Origin: Thermoplasmatota archaeon
GTDB taxonomy: Archaea; Thermoplasmatota; UBA186; UBA287
Reading direction: 5' to 3'
NCBI GenBank assembly: GCA_034190325.1
Contig: JAXHST010000081.1
Location: 1-61,537, forward strand
Length of the DNA stretch: 61,537 bases
Position 1 is the first letter of the stretch. Every line of letters starts with the position of its first letter. This document shows positions 27,199 through 36,888 of this stretch, piece after piece. Below the pieces are notes generated by a model, which was not told the DNA's origin, ran no database searches, and saw only the letters and a program-made list of their open reading frames with translations. A program made the position numbers and the translations under genes.

Positions 27199-29691
27199 AT
27201 GGGTAAATGGGCTTCTCTGGCCATAATAGCAGCTCTGCTTTTACCCGCTCTTGGGGTTGAAGCGCAGCAGGGTGGATATGTTGATACGATATACTTCAAT
27301 GTAAGGACGCAGATGGATGTAGGGCTGATGGATACTGTGCAGGGTCTAACGGACCTCTACTATTACGGGCTTCCCGGGGCGATGATAAGTGGCCTCCAGC
27401 AATCACAGAGAGATATGCTGGACATGTATGTCACGCCCTCCGGTTCCTGGTCCCTGCTCTTTAATCCAATACCGAATGAGGCGCCATACCTTGTCAAAGT
27501 GGGCGGTAAAGAATACTTTAATCCCTTTGCTATACGAGAGGTGCGTTTTGCTATGCACAATCTCATAAATAGACAGTTCATAGTTGATGAGATATCGAAT
27601 GGGCATGGCGGTCCGATGATAACCATGGCTACGCCCTCTATCCCAAGCTCTGTATTTTTCAATGAGATACCAGCAAAGCTTGGTCTCACATACCAGGGCA
27701 ATGAGCAGAAAGCTCTGCAGGATATAGAGGAAGCCATGAGAGAAGCTTCAAACCTTCCGGAGCTCAAAGGAAGGTTGGCAAAAAGAGGAAGCTCATGGTA
27801 CTTTGACAACCAGCCTGTTAGCGTGAAGTTCGTGATAAGGGTTGATGATCCTGAGCGCACAAGGGTAGGTGATTATGTCTCGAGACAGATAGAAAAGACG
27901 GGCATAAAAGTGGAAAAACTTCTGTGGGACAGAGTCAGAGCCATAAACACTGTAATGTATGATGATCCAGCAAAATACGAATGGAGCATATATACGGAGG
28001 GCTGGGGTGCAGGACAGCTCTACCCGTACTGGGATACAATAATAGCGCAGATGTATGCACCGTTCTATGGTAACTTGCCTGGAGGTGCAAATTCGGGATG
28101 GTGGAACTATAAGAATGATGAGATAGATGAGGATGCAAAGAAAGCCCTATATGGTAACGTGTTAACAGATGATGAGTACTGGGATGCATGCGAAAAAGCT
28201 GTTACGCTCGGCTTGCAGGATGCTGTGCGGATGTATCTCTCCTATCAGGACCAGTATTATGTTGCCTATAAACCCAGGTTTAATGAACGTTTTCTCTACG
28301 ATCTGGGCATGGGTCTCAGCAGGCTTTCGCTCATAACAGCCAGTACAAAGGATAAGGTGCTGCGGATAACAGAGTACTCTGCTCAGGGCGGACTCTTCAT
28401 GTCCTCATGGGATCCTGTTGGTGTTGATGGATTCAGCGATACGTATAGCACAGCCATATGGAGAGCCCTTGAAGCCGGCGCAGTCGTACCACCACACCCA
28501 ACAACAGGAAAATATGATAATGAGAGCGTTGTTGTTGACTGGAATTCAATAGAGTCAAAGGCAAAGAGGGCTTCGGATGGCACTCTCATCGGGGATCTTA
28601 CAGTGCCGTCAAACGCTCTTATCTATGATACTGCTAAGGAAGCGTGGGTGCCTGTGGGCAATAATGTCAAGGCGATCTCGAAGGGCGCAGAAACCATAAA
28701 ACAATGGAGGTGGCATGATGGGCATATGATGTCCATGGCAGATTATATAGCGTCAATTGCCTTCGATGCAGAGTGGGCTAAGAAGGATGGAGCTGGTGAT
28801 AGATACTACGATGACACATACTCTTCTATGTCTCTTCCGAGTATAGAGGTCGTGAAGGGATATGCATTCAGCCCTGGAAATAACAGGATAACCACATATG
28901 TGGACTATAATTTCCCTGCAGATAAGAACCAGGTAATGGGTTATGTAGCTGTTGGAACTGGGGGTACGAACTATAATAGGCCAATACCCTGGCAGCTGAG
29001 GGAGGCTCTGGGCAGGATGGTTGCGGAGGGCAGCGCTTCGGGCACTGTATACAGTTTCACTGGCGGAAAGGCAACAGATATAGATCTTCTGAACCCCCAG
29101 TGTGTCTCGGATATAAGGGCGGAGCTCTCAGAGATGAGGAATAATAAGTACATACCTCCTTACCTTAAAGGCTATACAACAGAAAAGGATGCTCTGGAGG
29201 GCTATGATGCGATAATAAGATTCATAGATCAGCACAAGCATGCAGCTATATCGAATGGGCCATTCTATCTTGACTCCTATAACCCTGTTGGTCCTTCATT
29301 AACCTTAAAGCGCTGGAATGATTATCCGATAAAGCCGCAGGAGTGGATGCAGAGGTACACCACAGCTATACCCAGAGTTGACAGAATGGATGTGCCTTTA
29401 GTATCCCAGAAAGGCAGGGATGTTGGCATAGCTGCTCATATCAGCGAGGTTTCTTATCCACAGGACACAGCTAAACCCTCAACAACAGCAAAGGTTAGCG
29501 TATCTCTGGTAACTCCACAAAAAACCTATACATATGAAACGAGAGCTCAGAGCAGCGGTGTTTACATAGCAACAATACCTGCAAAAGATTTAGCGGATCT
29601 GCCAGCAGGAAACTATGTTTTGATGGCTACAGCATCTCTCCCCTCAGGTATGGAGGCTTCTAGTAGCACAAACATAATCGTGAGGGGATAG
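27199..29691 (+). CDS. ABC transporter substrate-binding protein, family 5 (peptide/oligosaccharide type), large archaeal form
   Basis: Signal peptide MGKWASLAIIAALLLPALGVEAQQ, followed by a family-5 SBP-like sequence and a beta-rich C-terminal extension of about 100 aa. Start moved to ATG 27199. Confidence 0.75.
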   Translation: MGKWASLAIIAALLLPALGVEAQQGGYVDTIYFNVRTQMDVGLMDTVQGLTDLYYYGLPGAMISGLQQSQRDMLDMYVTPSGSWSLLFNPIPNEAPYLVKVGGKEYFNPFAIREVRFAMHNLINRQFIVDEISNGHGGPMITMATPSIPSSVFFNEIPAKLGLTYQGNEQKALQDIEEAMREASNLPELKGRLAKRGSSWYFDNQPVSVKFVIRVDDPERTRVGDYVSRQIEKTGIKVEKLLWDRVRAINTVMYDDPAKYEWSIYTEGWGAGQLYPYWDTIIAQMYAPFYGNLPGGANSGWWNYKNDEIDEDAKKALYGNVLTDDEYWDACEKAVTLGLQDAVRMYLSYQDQYYVAYKPRFNERFLYDLGMGLSRLSLITASTKDKVLRITEYSAQGGLFMSSWDPVGVDGFSDTYSTAIWRALEAGAVVPPHPTTGKYDNESVVVDWNSIESKAKRASDGTLIGDLTVPSNALIYDTAKEAWVPVGNNVKAISKGAETIKQWRWHDGHMMSMADYIASIAFDAEWAKKDGAGDRYYDDTYSSMSLPSIEVVKGYAFSPGNNRITTYVDYNFPADKNQVMGYVAVGTGGTNYNRPIPWQLREALGRMVAEGSASGTVYSFTGGKATDIDLLNPQCVSDIRAELSEMRNNKYIPPYLKGYTTEKDALEGYDAIIRFIDQHKHAAISNGPFYLDSYNPVGPSLTLKRWNDYPIKPQEWMQRYTTAIPRVDRMDVPLVSQKGRDVGIAAHISEVSYPQDTAKPSTTAKVSVSLVTPQKTYTYETRAQSSGVYIATIPAKDLADLPAGNYVLMATASLPSGMEASSSTNIIVRG

Positions 29692-29710
29692 TGTTGGAGC
29701 TCCTCTCCTC

Positions 29711-29729
29711 TTTTTTATCTTTGTTTTTA
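29711..29729 (+). terminator. T-rich tract between the SBP gene and permease genes (possible partial terminator/attenuator)
   Basis: TTTTTTATCTTTGTTTTTA lies 20 nt after the SBP stop and before the permease ATG at 29742. Confidence 0.25.
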
Positions 29730-29741
29730 TCATGAGGTAAC

Positions 29742-30776
29742 ATGAACTGGAGATATGTGGCTAGAAGGATCCTTGCAGGTTTTCTGATCTACGTTCTTAT
29801 AATCTTTATATATTCCTGCCTTTTCAATGCGGTTCTTGAAGAGACGGCAAGGGCGAATATAGAGGAGCAGATAATGCAGGAGATGATGGGGCTAAGGAAT
29901 CTAACGCCAGGGCAGATGGCAAACTACAGGGAAGACAGGAGAGCAGATCTTTACGATAGATACCATTTAAACGAACCTGTATTCCAGAGAATAATCTGGC
30001 GGACAATAGATACTCTCACATTCAACTATGGCAGGGCAACATCGATGAGAAGCGCCTCCCAATCTCAGGAGGCGAGGGATATAGTATTTGAAGCTCTTCC
30101 GAACTCAATACTGCTATTTACCACAGATATACTCATATCATTTACAATAGGGCTTTTCTTAGGCTTGAAAAACGCGCAGAAACCTGGGAGCCTGGCAGAT
30201 AGATCAACGAGTGTTGGTGCTCTGGTATCAATGGGCCTTCCTTCATGGTGGTTAGGTATGGTCTTCATGATGGTATTCTGCTATACTTTCAGGATCTTTC
30301 CTACCGGCGGGATACACTCTGTGCCCCTGCCGCAGGGGATCTATTACTATCTTGATATCCTCTACCATATGGCTCTTCCACTGATAACCCTTGTTGTTAT
30401 AGGATACTGGGGGAATGCTTATATTGTTAGGAACCTGGCGGTTAGCGCACTTCAGGAAGATTTTGTCACATCAGCAAGAGCAAGAGGATTGCCTGAAAGA
30501 AAGGTGCTTTACGGACATACCCTGCGCACAATATCGCCCGCTGTTATGACAATGGGGGTTCTGATGCTTTTAGGATCTATAGGCGGCAATCTCATATTTG
30601 AGGGAATATTCAGCTGGCCCGGGTTGGGTAGGGTTTACTGGGTGGCATTGCAACAGAATGATATCCCTGTCCTTGTGGCAGACCTCTCAATAACAACAGG
30701 CATCTTCATAATGGGCGTGGTTTTCCTTGATCTCATATACGGTTTTCTTGATCCAAGGATAAAGGCGGGTGATTAG
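29742..30776 (+). CDS. ABC transporter permease (DppB/OppB-like)
   Basis: 344 aa, multi-TM, with an EAA-type loop (FVTSARARGLPERKVLYGHTLR). Confidence 0.8.
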   Translation: MNWRYVARRILAGFLIYVLIIFIYSCLFNAVLEETARANIEEQIMQEMMGLRNLTPGQMANYREDRRADLYDRYHLNEPVFQRIIWRTIDTLTFNYGRATSMRSASQSQEARDIVFEALPNSILLFTTDILISFTIGLFLGLKNAQKPGSLADRSTSVGALVSMGLPSWWLGMVFMMVFCYTFRIFPTGGIHSVPLPQGIYYYLDILYHMALPLITLVVIGYWGNAYIVRNLAVSALQEDFVTSARARGLPERKVLYGHTLRTISPAVMTMGVLMLLGSIGGNLIFEGIFSWPGLGRVYWVALQQNDIPVLVADLSITTGIFIMGVVFLDLIYGFLDPRIKAGD

Positions 30777-32087
30777 ATGAGAGAGGTATTCGAAGGAATT
30801 AAAGAGTTCTGGAAGGAGTTCCGGAGGATTAAATCTGGAGTGGTGGGTTTGATTCTTTTAATAATATTTGTGCTCATAGTAATTTTTGAGCCCTTACTTC
30901 TTGCTTATCCGGAGACAAATGAGAGGTGGAACGATATAACATACTGGCAGGACCTGCCCATGAACGCGCCCCCTGTATGGGCTGCAAGGGGCTATCCTGC
31001 AAGCGAGACGCTGAAGCCCGTAGATTTTTCGACGGAAGGAACATATCTTGACTCTCTTGATTTTGTTTATAATTTTGATTATAGTGCGCCTCCAGATGAT
31101 CTCATCATAGCTCTGGATTACCCCGTGCCACCATCCACATTTTTGTCAATAAGCATAGAGATCCCGGGCAAAGGAAAAATAACGATCCCCTCAAAGCAAC
31201 TTCCTTACGGGACTTCATTAAGGATACCGGTAGCAAGAGACAGCGATTTCAGGAATGCCATGAGGGCCATAGATCCCTCAAAAAACCAGATGGATGCGCT
31301 CTTTTCTCAGAAGGGGGAGTACAGAATAAACTTCCTTTTCGTTCACAACGATGCAGAGTTTCATGAAGCCCTTAAGGATATGAGGATCAATGTGCTCGGT
31401 AAAGCCCATGGTCTTCTGGGCACCGATGCTTACAGAAGGGATCTCTGGAGCGGCGTTGTGGCAGGGGTGAAGTGGGCCCTTATAATAGGGGTAGTAACTG
31501 CGGTGATAACAGTTCTCATAGGTGTTTTTTTCGGGATAACCAGTGCTTATTTCGGTGGGTGGATAGACGCATTCATGCAGAGGGTGTATGAGGTTGTGGT
31601 GTCAATGCCGCTATTCCCTCTGATGATAGTGATAGCAGCTATATATGAATCAAGCATATGGCTCATTATATTGCTTATGTGCCTCTTCTTCTGGGCAGGG
31701 ATACAAAAAACTGTTAGAGCAATAGGGCTCCAGATAAAGGAGGAGACATTCATAGAAGCTTCTGAGGGTTTTGGTGCCTCCTCGCGCTGGATCCTGCTAA
31801 AGCATATGTTCCCCCTTCTTTTGCCATATGCCCTTGCAGAAATGGCTTTGATGGTTCCAGGTGCTATAGTCTACGAAGCATCCCTGAGCCTTATTGGTTT
31901 GGGGGACTCTACTATAGTCACATGGGGGCAGATACTTGGAGCAGCCCAGACCAGTGGAGCTGTCATCAACAATCTCTGGTGGTGGGTTTTGCCTCCGGGT
32001 ATAGCGATAGTGCTTGTCGGCATGAGCTTTGCTTTTATAGGTTTTGCTTTAGATACTGTAGTTGCACCGAGGTTGAGGACACTATGA
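30777..32087 (+). CDS. ABC transporter permease (DppC/OppC-like) with a large extracytoplasmic insertion
   Basis: N-terminal TM, then an extracellular segment of about 170 aa, then the permease core (FIEASEGFGASSRWILLKHMFP). Confidence 0.8.
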   Translation: MREVFEGIKEFWKEFRRIKSGVVGLILLIIFVLIVIFEPLLLAYPETNERWNDITYWQDLPMNAPPVWAARGYPASETLKPVDFSTEGTYLDSLDFVYNFDYSAPPDDLIIALDYPVPPSTFLSISIEIPGKGKITIPSKQLPYGTSLRIPVARDSDFRNAMRAIDPSKNQMDALFSQKGEYRINFLFVHNDAEFHEALKDMRINVLGKAHGLLGTDAYRRDLWSGVVAGVKWALIIGVVTAVITVLIGVFFGITSAYFGGWIDAFMQRVYEVVVSMPLFPLMIVIAAIYESSIWLIILLMCLFFWAGIQKTVRAIGLQIKEETFIEASEGFGASSRWILLKHMFPLLLPYALAEMALMVPGAIVYEASLSLIGLGDSTIVTWGQILGAAQTSGAVINNLWWWVLPPGIAIVLVGMSFAFIGFALDTVVAPRLRTL

Positions 32088-33040
32088 TGCTTGACGTTAA
32101 AGATCTGAGGGTTTATTTCTACACGCGTAATGGGGTTGTGCATGCTGTTGATGGCATAAACTTCGGGATAAAAAAGGGAGAGACCCTGGGCATTGTGGGT
32201 GAGAGCGGATGCGGAAAGACAACAACTGGCATGGCTATAATGAACATGATCCCCAGGCCAGGAAAGATTGCGGGTGGCTCTGTTTCTATAGATGGAAGAG
32301 AGATATCCTCTCTAACAGAGAGCGCAATGCGCAAAGAGGTAAGGTGGAAAAAGGTCTCCATGGTCTTTCAGGGTGCAATGAACTGTCTTACACCCACATA
32401 CACTGTAGGAAAACAGATGGTTGAGACAATAGTTTATCACACAAAGATGGAGGAGGAAGAAGCCTTAGAGATAGCAAAGAAATACCTTGCGCACGTTGGA
32501 TTGAAGGAGGATGTTGTGAGACGCTATCCCCATGAGCTTAGCGGAGGGATGAAACAGAGAGTGGTTATAGCCACAGCACTTCTTCTGGAGCCGGGGCTTG
32601 TGATATGCGATGAGCCAACAACGGCCCTGGACGTTATAGTCCAGGCTCAGATAATAAATCTGCTAAAAAGATTGAAAAAGGAGCTGAACCTCTCTTACAT
32701 ATTCATAACCCATGACCTCTCAATAGAAGCAGAGGTTGCCGACAGGCTTGTAGTTATGTACGCTGGCAAAATCGTTGAGCTCGGCACGAATGAGCATATA
32801 TACGGGAGGGAGCCTATGCACCCCTATACCCAGAAGCTCCTTGCCTCCACACCTAGGCTGAGAGCGAAGGTGGATGAGCTTGACTTCATACCTGGCACGC
32901 CGCCAGATCTTTTAAACCCTCCCTCAGGCTGTAGATTTCATCCCAGGTGCCCCTATGCTTTTGACAGATGCAGAGAAGAGGAGCCTGAGCTTATCGAAAT
33001 AGAAGAGGGTCACAGGGTAGCGTGCTGGAGGGTAAGATGA
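32084..33040 (+). CDS. ABC transporter ATPase (DppD/OppD-like)
   Basis: Walker A GESGCGKTT, signature LSGGMKQR, Walker B VICDEPTTALD, C-terminal Cys motif (GCRFHPRCPYAFDRC). Start at ATGATG 32084 overlapping the upstream stop; the track's 31922 extension was rejected. Confidence 0.85.
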   Translation: MMLDVKDLRVYFYTRNGVVHAVDGINFGIKKGETLGIVGESGCGKTTTGMAIMNMIPRPGKIAGGSVSIDGREISSLTESAMRKEVRWKKVSMVFQGAMNCLTPTYTVGKQMVETIVYHTKMEEEEALEIAKKYLAHVGLKEDVVRRYPHELSGGMKQRVVIATALLLEPGLVICDEPTTALDVIVQAQIINLLKRLKKELNLSYIFITHDLSIEAEVADRLVVMYAGKIVELGTNEHIYGREPMHPYTQKLLASTPRLRAKVDELDFIPGTPPDLLNPPSGCRFHPRCPYAFDRCREEEPELIEIEEGHRVACWRVR

Positions 33041-34002
33041 TGCTTAAAGTCTCTGAACTAACGGTTCATTTTCCCGTGCGCAGAACATTTAAGGAGCTCC
33101 TCACAGGGGTTAAAAGGGTTGTGCACGCTGTTGATGGCATAAGCTTTGAGGTCGAGCGCGGGGAAACATTTGCCCTTGTGGGCGAGAGCGGTTGTGGAAA
33201 GACGACCACGGGAAAAGCCATCGCCAGACTTATAAATAAAACCTCCGGCACAATAACTCTTGAGGGTAGAGGGGAGGAGGGAATAAAGGATAGAGAGTAC
33301 AAGCGCAGGGTGCAGATGATATTCCAGGATCCTTACGCTTCCTTAAACCCGAGATTTAAGATCAGGGATGTTCTGGAAGAGCCATTGATAATACAGCGCG
33401 TAGGTAAAAGCAGAGCTGAGAGAATGGAGAGAATAACAAAAGCTATGCATGAAGTCAAGCTGGATGAAGAATTTTTGACAAGGTATTCTCACATGCTGAG
33501 TGGAGGTCAGAGGCAGAGGGTATCTATTGCAAGAACGCTCGTTCTCAACCCTGAGCTGATAGTAGCAGATGAGCCTGTATCCATGATAGATCTATCAACA
33601 AGGGCAGAGATACTCCATCTTATGCGTGAGATCAAGAGGAAAAGGGATCTCACCTATCTTTACATAACTCATGATCTCTCTACTGCAAGGTATTTTGCAG
33701 ACCGGATGGCTGTTATGTACCTTGGTAATATCGTAGAAGTAGGCAGCGTTGATGATGTCATAGATGATCCACAGCACCCATACACAAAAGCGCTGATAGC
33801 AGCGGTGCCCGAGATGGTGAGTGGGAGAGAGAATGAGATCAAAGAGTTGCCGATAAAGGGGGAGATAAGCTCTGCTATCGATCTTCCAAAAGGCTGTCGC
33901 TTTAATCCACGGTGCCCCTATGCTTTTGACAGATGCAGAGAAGAGGAGCCGGAGTTGAGAGAGGTGCACAAAGGGCACAGCGCTGCTTGCTGGCTTGCAT
34001 AA
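33037..34002 (+). CDS. ABC transporter ATPase (DppF/OppF-like)
   Basis: Walker A GESGCGKTT, signature LSGGQRQR, Walker B IVADEPVSMID, C-terminal GCRFNPRCPYAFDRC. ATGA overlap with the upstream stop. Confidence 0.85.
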   Translation: MMLKVSELTVHFPVRRTFKELLTGVKRVVHAVDGISFEVERGETFALVGESGCGKTTTGKAIARLINKTSGTITLEGRGEEGIKDREYKRRVQMIFQDPYASLNPRFKIRDVLEEPLIIQRVGKSRAERMERITKAMHEVKLDEEFLTRYSHMLSGGQRQRVSIARTLVLNPELIVADEPVSMIDLSTRAEILHLMREIKRKRDLTYLYITHDLSTARYFADRMAVMYLGNIVEVGSVDDVIDDPQHPYTKALIAAVPEMVSGRENEIKELPIKGEISSAIDLPKGCRFNPRCPYAFDRCREEEPELREVHKGHSAACWLA

Positions 34003-34032
34003 GGCTTTATTAGTGAAAAGTGCTTTACCGTT

Positions 34033-35496
34033 GTGCATGATAGGGTCACTTTAGGGCGGAGGACCCTGCTGGTAGTCCTCCAGTACATTATAGGAACGGT
34101 CGTAGGGCTTATATGCATAACGCTGCCAGCAAAGTATTTTGATGTTGGTGTCTTTGGGCTTGTCATCGGTGTGGGCTTCTCAGCTTTTCACATCCTAGCT
34201 TTTTTCTCAGATTTAGGGCTGAAGCAGACTCACATGGGTTTTGTTCATAGATATGGTTTTGCGGAGTGCAACTCCTCCTATGCTTTAGCCAAAGTGATCC
34301 TTGGATCTTTTTCCTCCATCGCTTTTCTTTTAATAGTCTTTTTAACAGGGTCCTCAAAGGTTATGTTGATCTTTCTTCTGTGCGCTCTTCTCTTTACCCT
34401 GAGAGATCTACCAATAGGCATATTTGACTCAAGGATAGAGACTATGAAGAGCCAGAGTTCACTGATAGTAGAGCACATCATGAGGCTTGTTTTTACCATA
34501 GTGCTTACGCTCTTGGCAATAGGTGAGCCGGAGGACGTTCAGGCCATCTATCTTTCCTTAACATTCCTGTTGAGCATGCTTGCTAGCACAGCTTTTGCCC
34601 TTCTGCTGCTGAGAGGCTACCCATTCGCTAAGCCTTTATATGTTAAAGAGTACTTCTCCGCTGCCCCCGCAATAGCATTCATGGGAGGCATAGATATAAT
34701 AATGCTGAACGCAGATAAACTGATCCTTCAATTTTTTGTGAGCACTGAAGCTCTGGGTGTTTATACCGGGGTCAACAAGATAGCACAGCTCGTTTTCTAC
34801 CTATCAACTGCCCTCATAACGATATTACTTCCTGCTGTGGCTGCCATGGACGATAGCAGAGCTGCAAAGGCAACATCATTTGCCGAGAGGTATCTGATGC
34901 TTGCGATCTTCCCCATAGCTTTTTTTTCAATTGTGCTGCGCAATGATATCATAAGATACCTTTTGCCTCAGGAAGCTTTCCTTGAAGGCGGATTTTCAAT
35001 GGTTCTGCTCATGCTCGCAACCCTGCTGCTTGCGAGCTCAAGGAGCGAGGCGGTTCTTTTATTTGCCAGAAGCAGGAACAGGGAAGCAACCCTGATAAAC
35101 TCTTTGTTAGCCGTGTTTTATATAGCCTCTACCGCTCTTCTCTCTGAGCTTCGGGGTATAGATGGCGCAGCTCTTGCAGCCCTCCTTTCAGGGCTCTTCA
35201 GCTTTTTAGCCTTTCGCTATGCCTGCACAAAGCTGGGTAAGGAATTCATAGGGAAGAGATTTTTGAAACAGCTTTTAGCTGTGATAATAGCTTCTGCTGC
35301 ACTTTTTTTGCTCGGATTTTTCGATCCCGGGGAAGCTGTTTTCCTCTTCTTTCTCTTTCGTATAGCTGCAGGAATAATTATATACGGATTCGTCCTTATT
35401 CTCTTAAGGGAGCTTAAACTGGAGGATTTAGCTTATGCACTGGAGTTGATAGGTGAACATGATGAAGGTAAGCATAGTAATAACGGTAAAAAATGA
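34033..35496 (+). CDS. MOP-superfamily polysaccharide/oligosaccharide flippase (Wzx-like)
   Basis: 487 aa, about 12-14 TM helices, typical flippase organisation. GTG start. Confidence 0.6.
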   Translation: MHDRVTLGRRTLLVVLQYIIGTVVGLICITLPAKYFDVGVFGLVIGVGFSAFHILAFFSDLGLKQTHMGFVHRYGFAECNSSYALAKVILGSFSSIAFLLIVFLTGSSKVMLIFLLCALLFTLRDLPIGIFDSRIETMKSQSSLIVEHIMRLVFTIVLTLLAIGEPEDVQAIYLSLTFLLSMLASTAFALLLLRGYPFAKPLYVKEYFSAAPAIAFMGGIDIIMLNADKLILQFFVSTEALGVYTGVNKIAQLVFYLSTALITILLPAVAAMDDSRAAKATSFAERYLMLAIFPIAFFSIVLRNDIIRYLLPQEAFLEGGFSMVLLMLATLLLASSRSEAVLLFARSRNREATLINSLLAVFYIASTALLSELRGIDGAALAALLSGLFSFLAFRYACTKLGKEFIGKRFLKQLLAVIIASAALFLLGFFDPGEAVFLFFLFRIAAGIIIYGFVLILLRELKLEDLAYALELIGEHDEGKHSNNGKK

Positions 35497-36211
35497 GGAA
35501 AAGAATATAGCAGAGCTCTTGGAGAGCCTTGTAATGCAGGAGCAGCCCATAGAGATAATTGTTGTTGATTCTGCTAGCAATGATAAAACATGCAGGATAG
35601 TTGAGGATTACTGTGAGCGCTATGATTTTGTAAGGCTATTTTTGCATGAAGGCTCAAGGGGTGAGAGCAGGAATTTTGGCTGCTCTAAAGCGAGTGGAGA
35701 AGCTTTTGCTTTTATTGACGGGGATTGCATTGCCGATAAGGAATGGGTAAAGGAGCTCAGAAAATCTCTGGATAACAGTGATATAGTTGCCGGTAAGACA
35801 GTGTATGAAGGAGAGCGCTTTACCTCTCGTATGAGCCTGTACATTTATGGCGTAGATATATCCTTCCCTTCATGCAACATCGCTTATAAAAGGGAAACTT
35901 TTCCCCGGTTTGATCCCTGGTTTAAGACAGCAGAGGACATAGATTTAAACCTCGAGGCTGTAAAGAATGGAGCAAAGTTCTTTTACAACGAACATGCTAT
36001 AGTATACCATAAGGTGAGAGAGGACATGGGATCTTTTATAAGACAGGCATTCTGGTACGGATTTGGCAGGGGACAGCTGTTCCTAAAACACCACATCATG
36101 GGTGCTTCATCTTTTGTGCCCGAGCTGAACCTGTGGGATGTGATAAAGAGGGTATGCGGTGCTTTTGGCTTTGTTGTTGCGATAATAACTAGGGGGGAAA
36201 CGAGACTATGA
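35459..36211 (+). CDS. Family 2 glycosyltransferase
   Basis: VSIVITVKNEEKNI...VVDSASNDKT...IDGDC (GT-A DxD region). Confidence 0.75.
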   Translation: MMKVSIVITVKNEEKNIAELLESLVMQEQPIEIIVVDSASNDKTCRIVEDYCERYDFVRLFLHEGSRGESRNFGCSKASGEAFAFIDGDCIADKEWVKELRKSLDNSDIVAGKTVYEGERFTSRMSLYIYGVDISFPSCNIAYKRETFPRFDPWFKTAEDIDLNLEAVKNGAKFFYNEHAIVYHKVREDMGSFIRQAFWYGFGRGQLFLKHHIMGASSFVPELNLWDVIKRVCGAFGFVVAIITRGETRL

Positions 36212-36885
36212 GTAAAGAAAAAACAATAAGCATAATTATCCCGGCGCTCAACGAAGAAAAAGCGATAGGAGGAGCTCTGAGCACCGTGCCCAAAAAAGAG
36301 CTTGAAGCTATGGGCTATGAGGTTGAAGTTCTCGTGGTTGATGGGGGGTCTAAGGATAGAACAAGGGAGATCGCAGAATCCCTGGGAGCAAGAGTGATAG
36401 TGGAGCCGAGAAAGGGTTATGGCAGAGCCTACAAAACAGGGTTTGAGAAATGTAAAGGGGATATAATTGTAACTGGTGATGCTGATGGCACCTATCCCTT
36501 TGAAAAAGTACCAGAGATGTTGGGATTGCTTGAAGATTTCATAACAACAGATCGCTTTGCATCCATGGAAGAGGGCGCAATGAGCAGGATGCATTACATT
36601 GGTAACTTTATACTCAATCTTGCTCTCAGGCTTCTCTATAAGATTGACATAAGGGACTCTCAATCAGGCATGTGGATCTTCAGAAAGAGCATATTGAAGG
36701 ACCTAAACCTCAAAGCTGACGGCATGGAGCTCAGTGAAGAGATAAAGGTTGAGGCTTTTCGCAGGTGCAGAGCAAAAGAAGTGCCCATACACTACAGAAA
36801 GAGGATAGGTGAGAAAAAGTTGAGAAGCTTCAGAGATGGAATGAACAATCTGCTATATCTCTTTAAGAAAAAGCTGGCGGAATAA
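36208..36885 (+). CDS. Family 2 glycosyltransferase (dolichyl-phosphate hexose synthase-like)
   Basis: ISIIIPALNEEKAI...VVDGGSKDRT...GDADGTYP. ATGA overlap with the upstream GT2 gene. Confidence 0.7.
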   Translation: MSKEKTISIIIPALNEEKAIGGALSTVPKKELEAMGYEVEVLVVDGGSKDRTREIAESLGARVIVEPRKGYGRAYKTGFEKCKGDIIVTGDADGTYPFEKVPEMLGLLEDFITTDRFASMEEGAMSRMHYIGNFILNLALRLLYKIDIRDSQSGMWIFRKSILKDLNLKADGMELSEEIKVEAFRRCRAKEVPIHYRKRIGEKKLRSFRDGMNNLLYLFKKKLAE

Positions 36886-36888
36886 CCC

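Noticed and set aside
31922-32083. Upstream extensions of several ORF-track entries (31922 for the ATPase, 51110 for uxuA, 52072 for dehydratase 1, 27133 for the SBP, 15903 for rpiA, 56842 for kdgK, 344 for cutA).
   Set aside because: In each case the extension overlaps the previous gene in another frame. A canonical family N-terminus begins at an internal ATG with an RBS or an ATGA/TAATG coupling.
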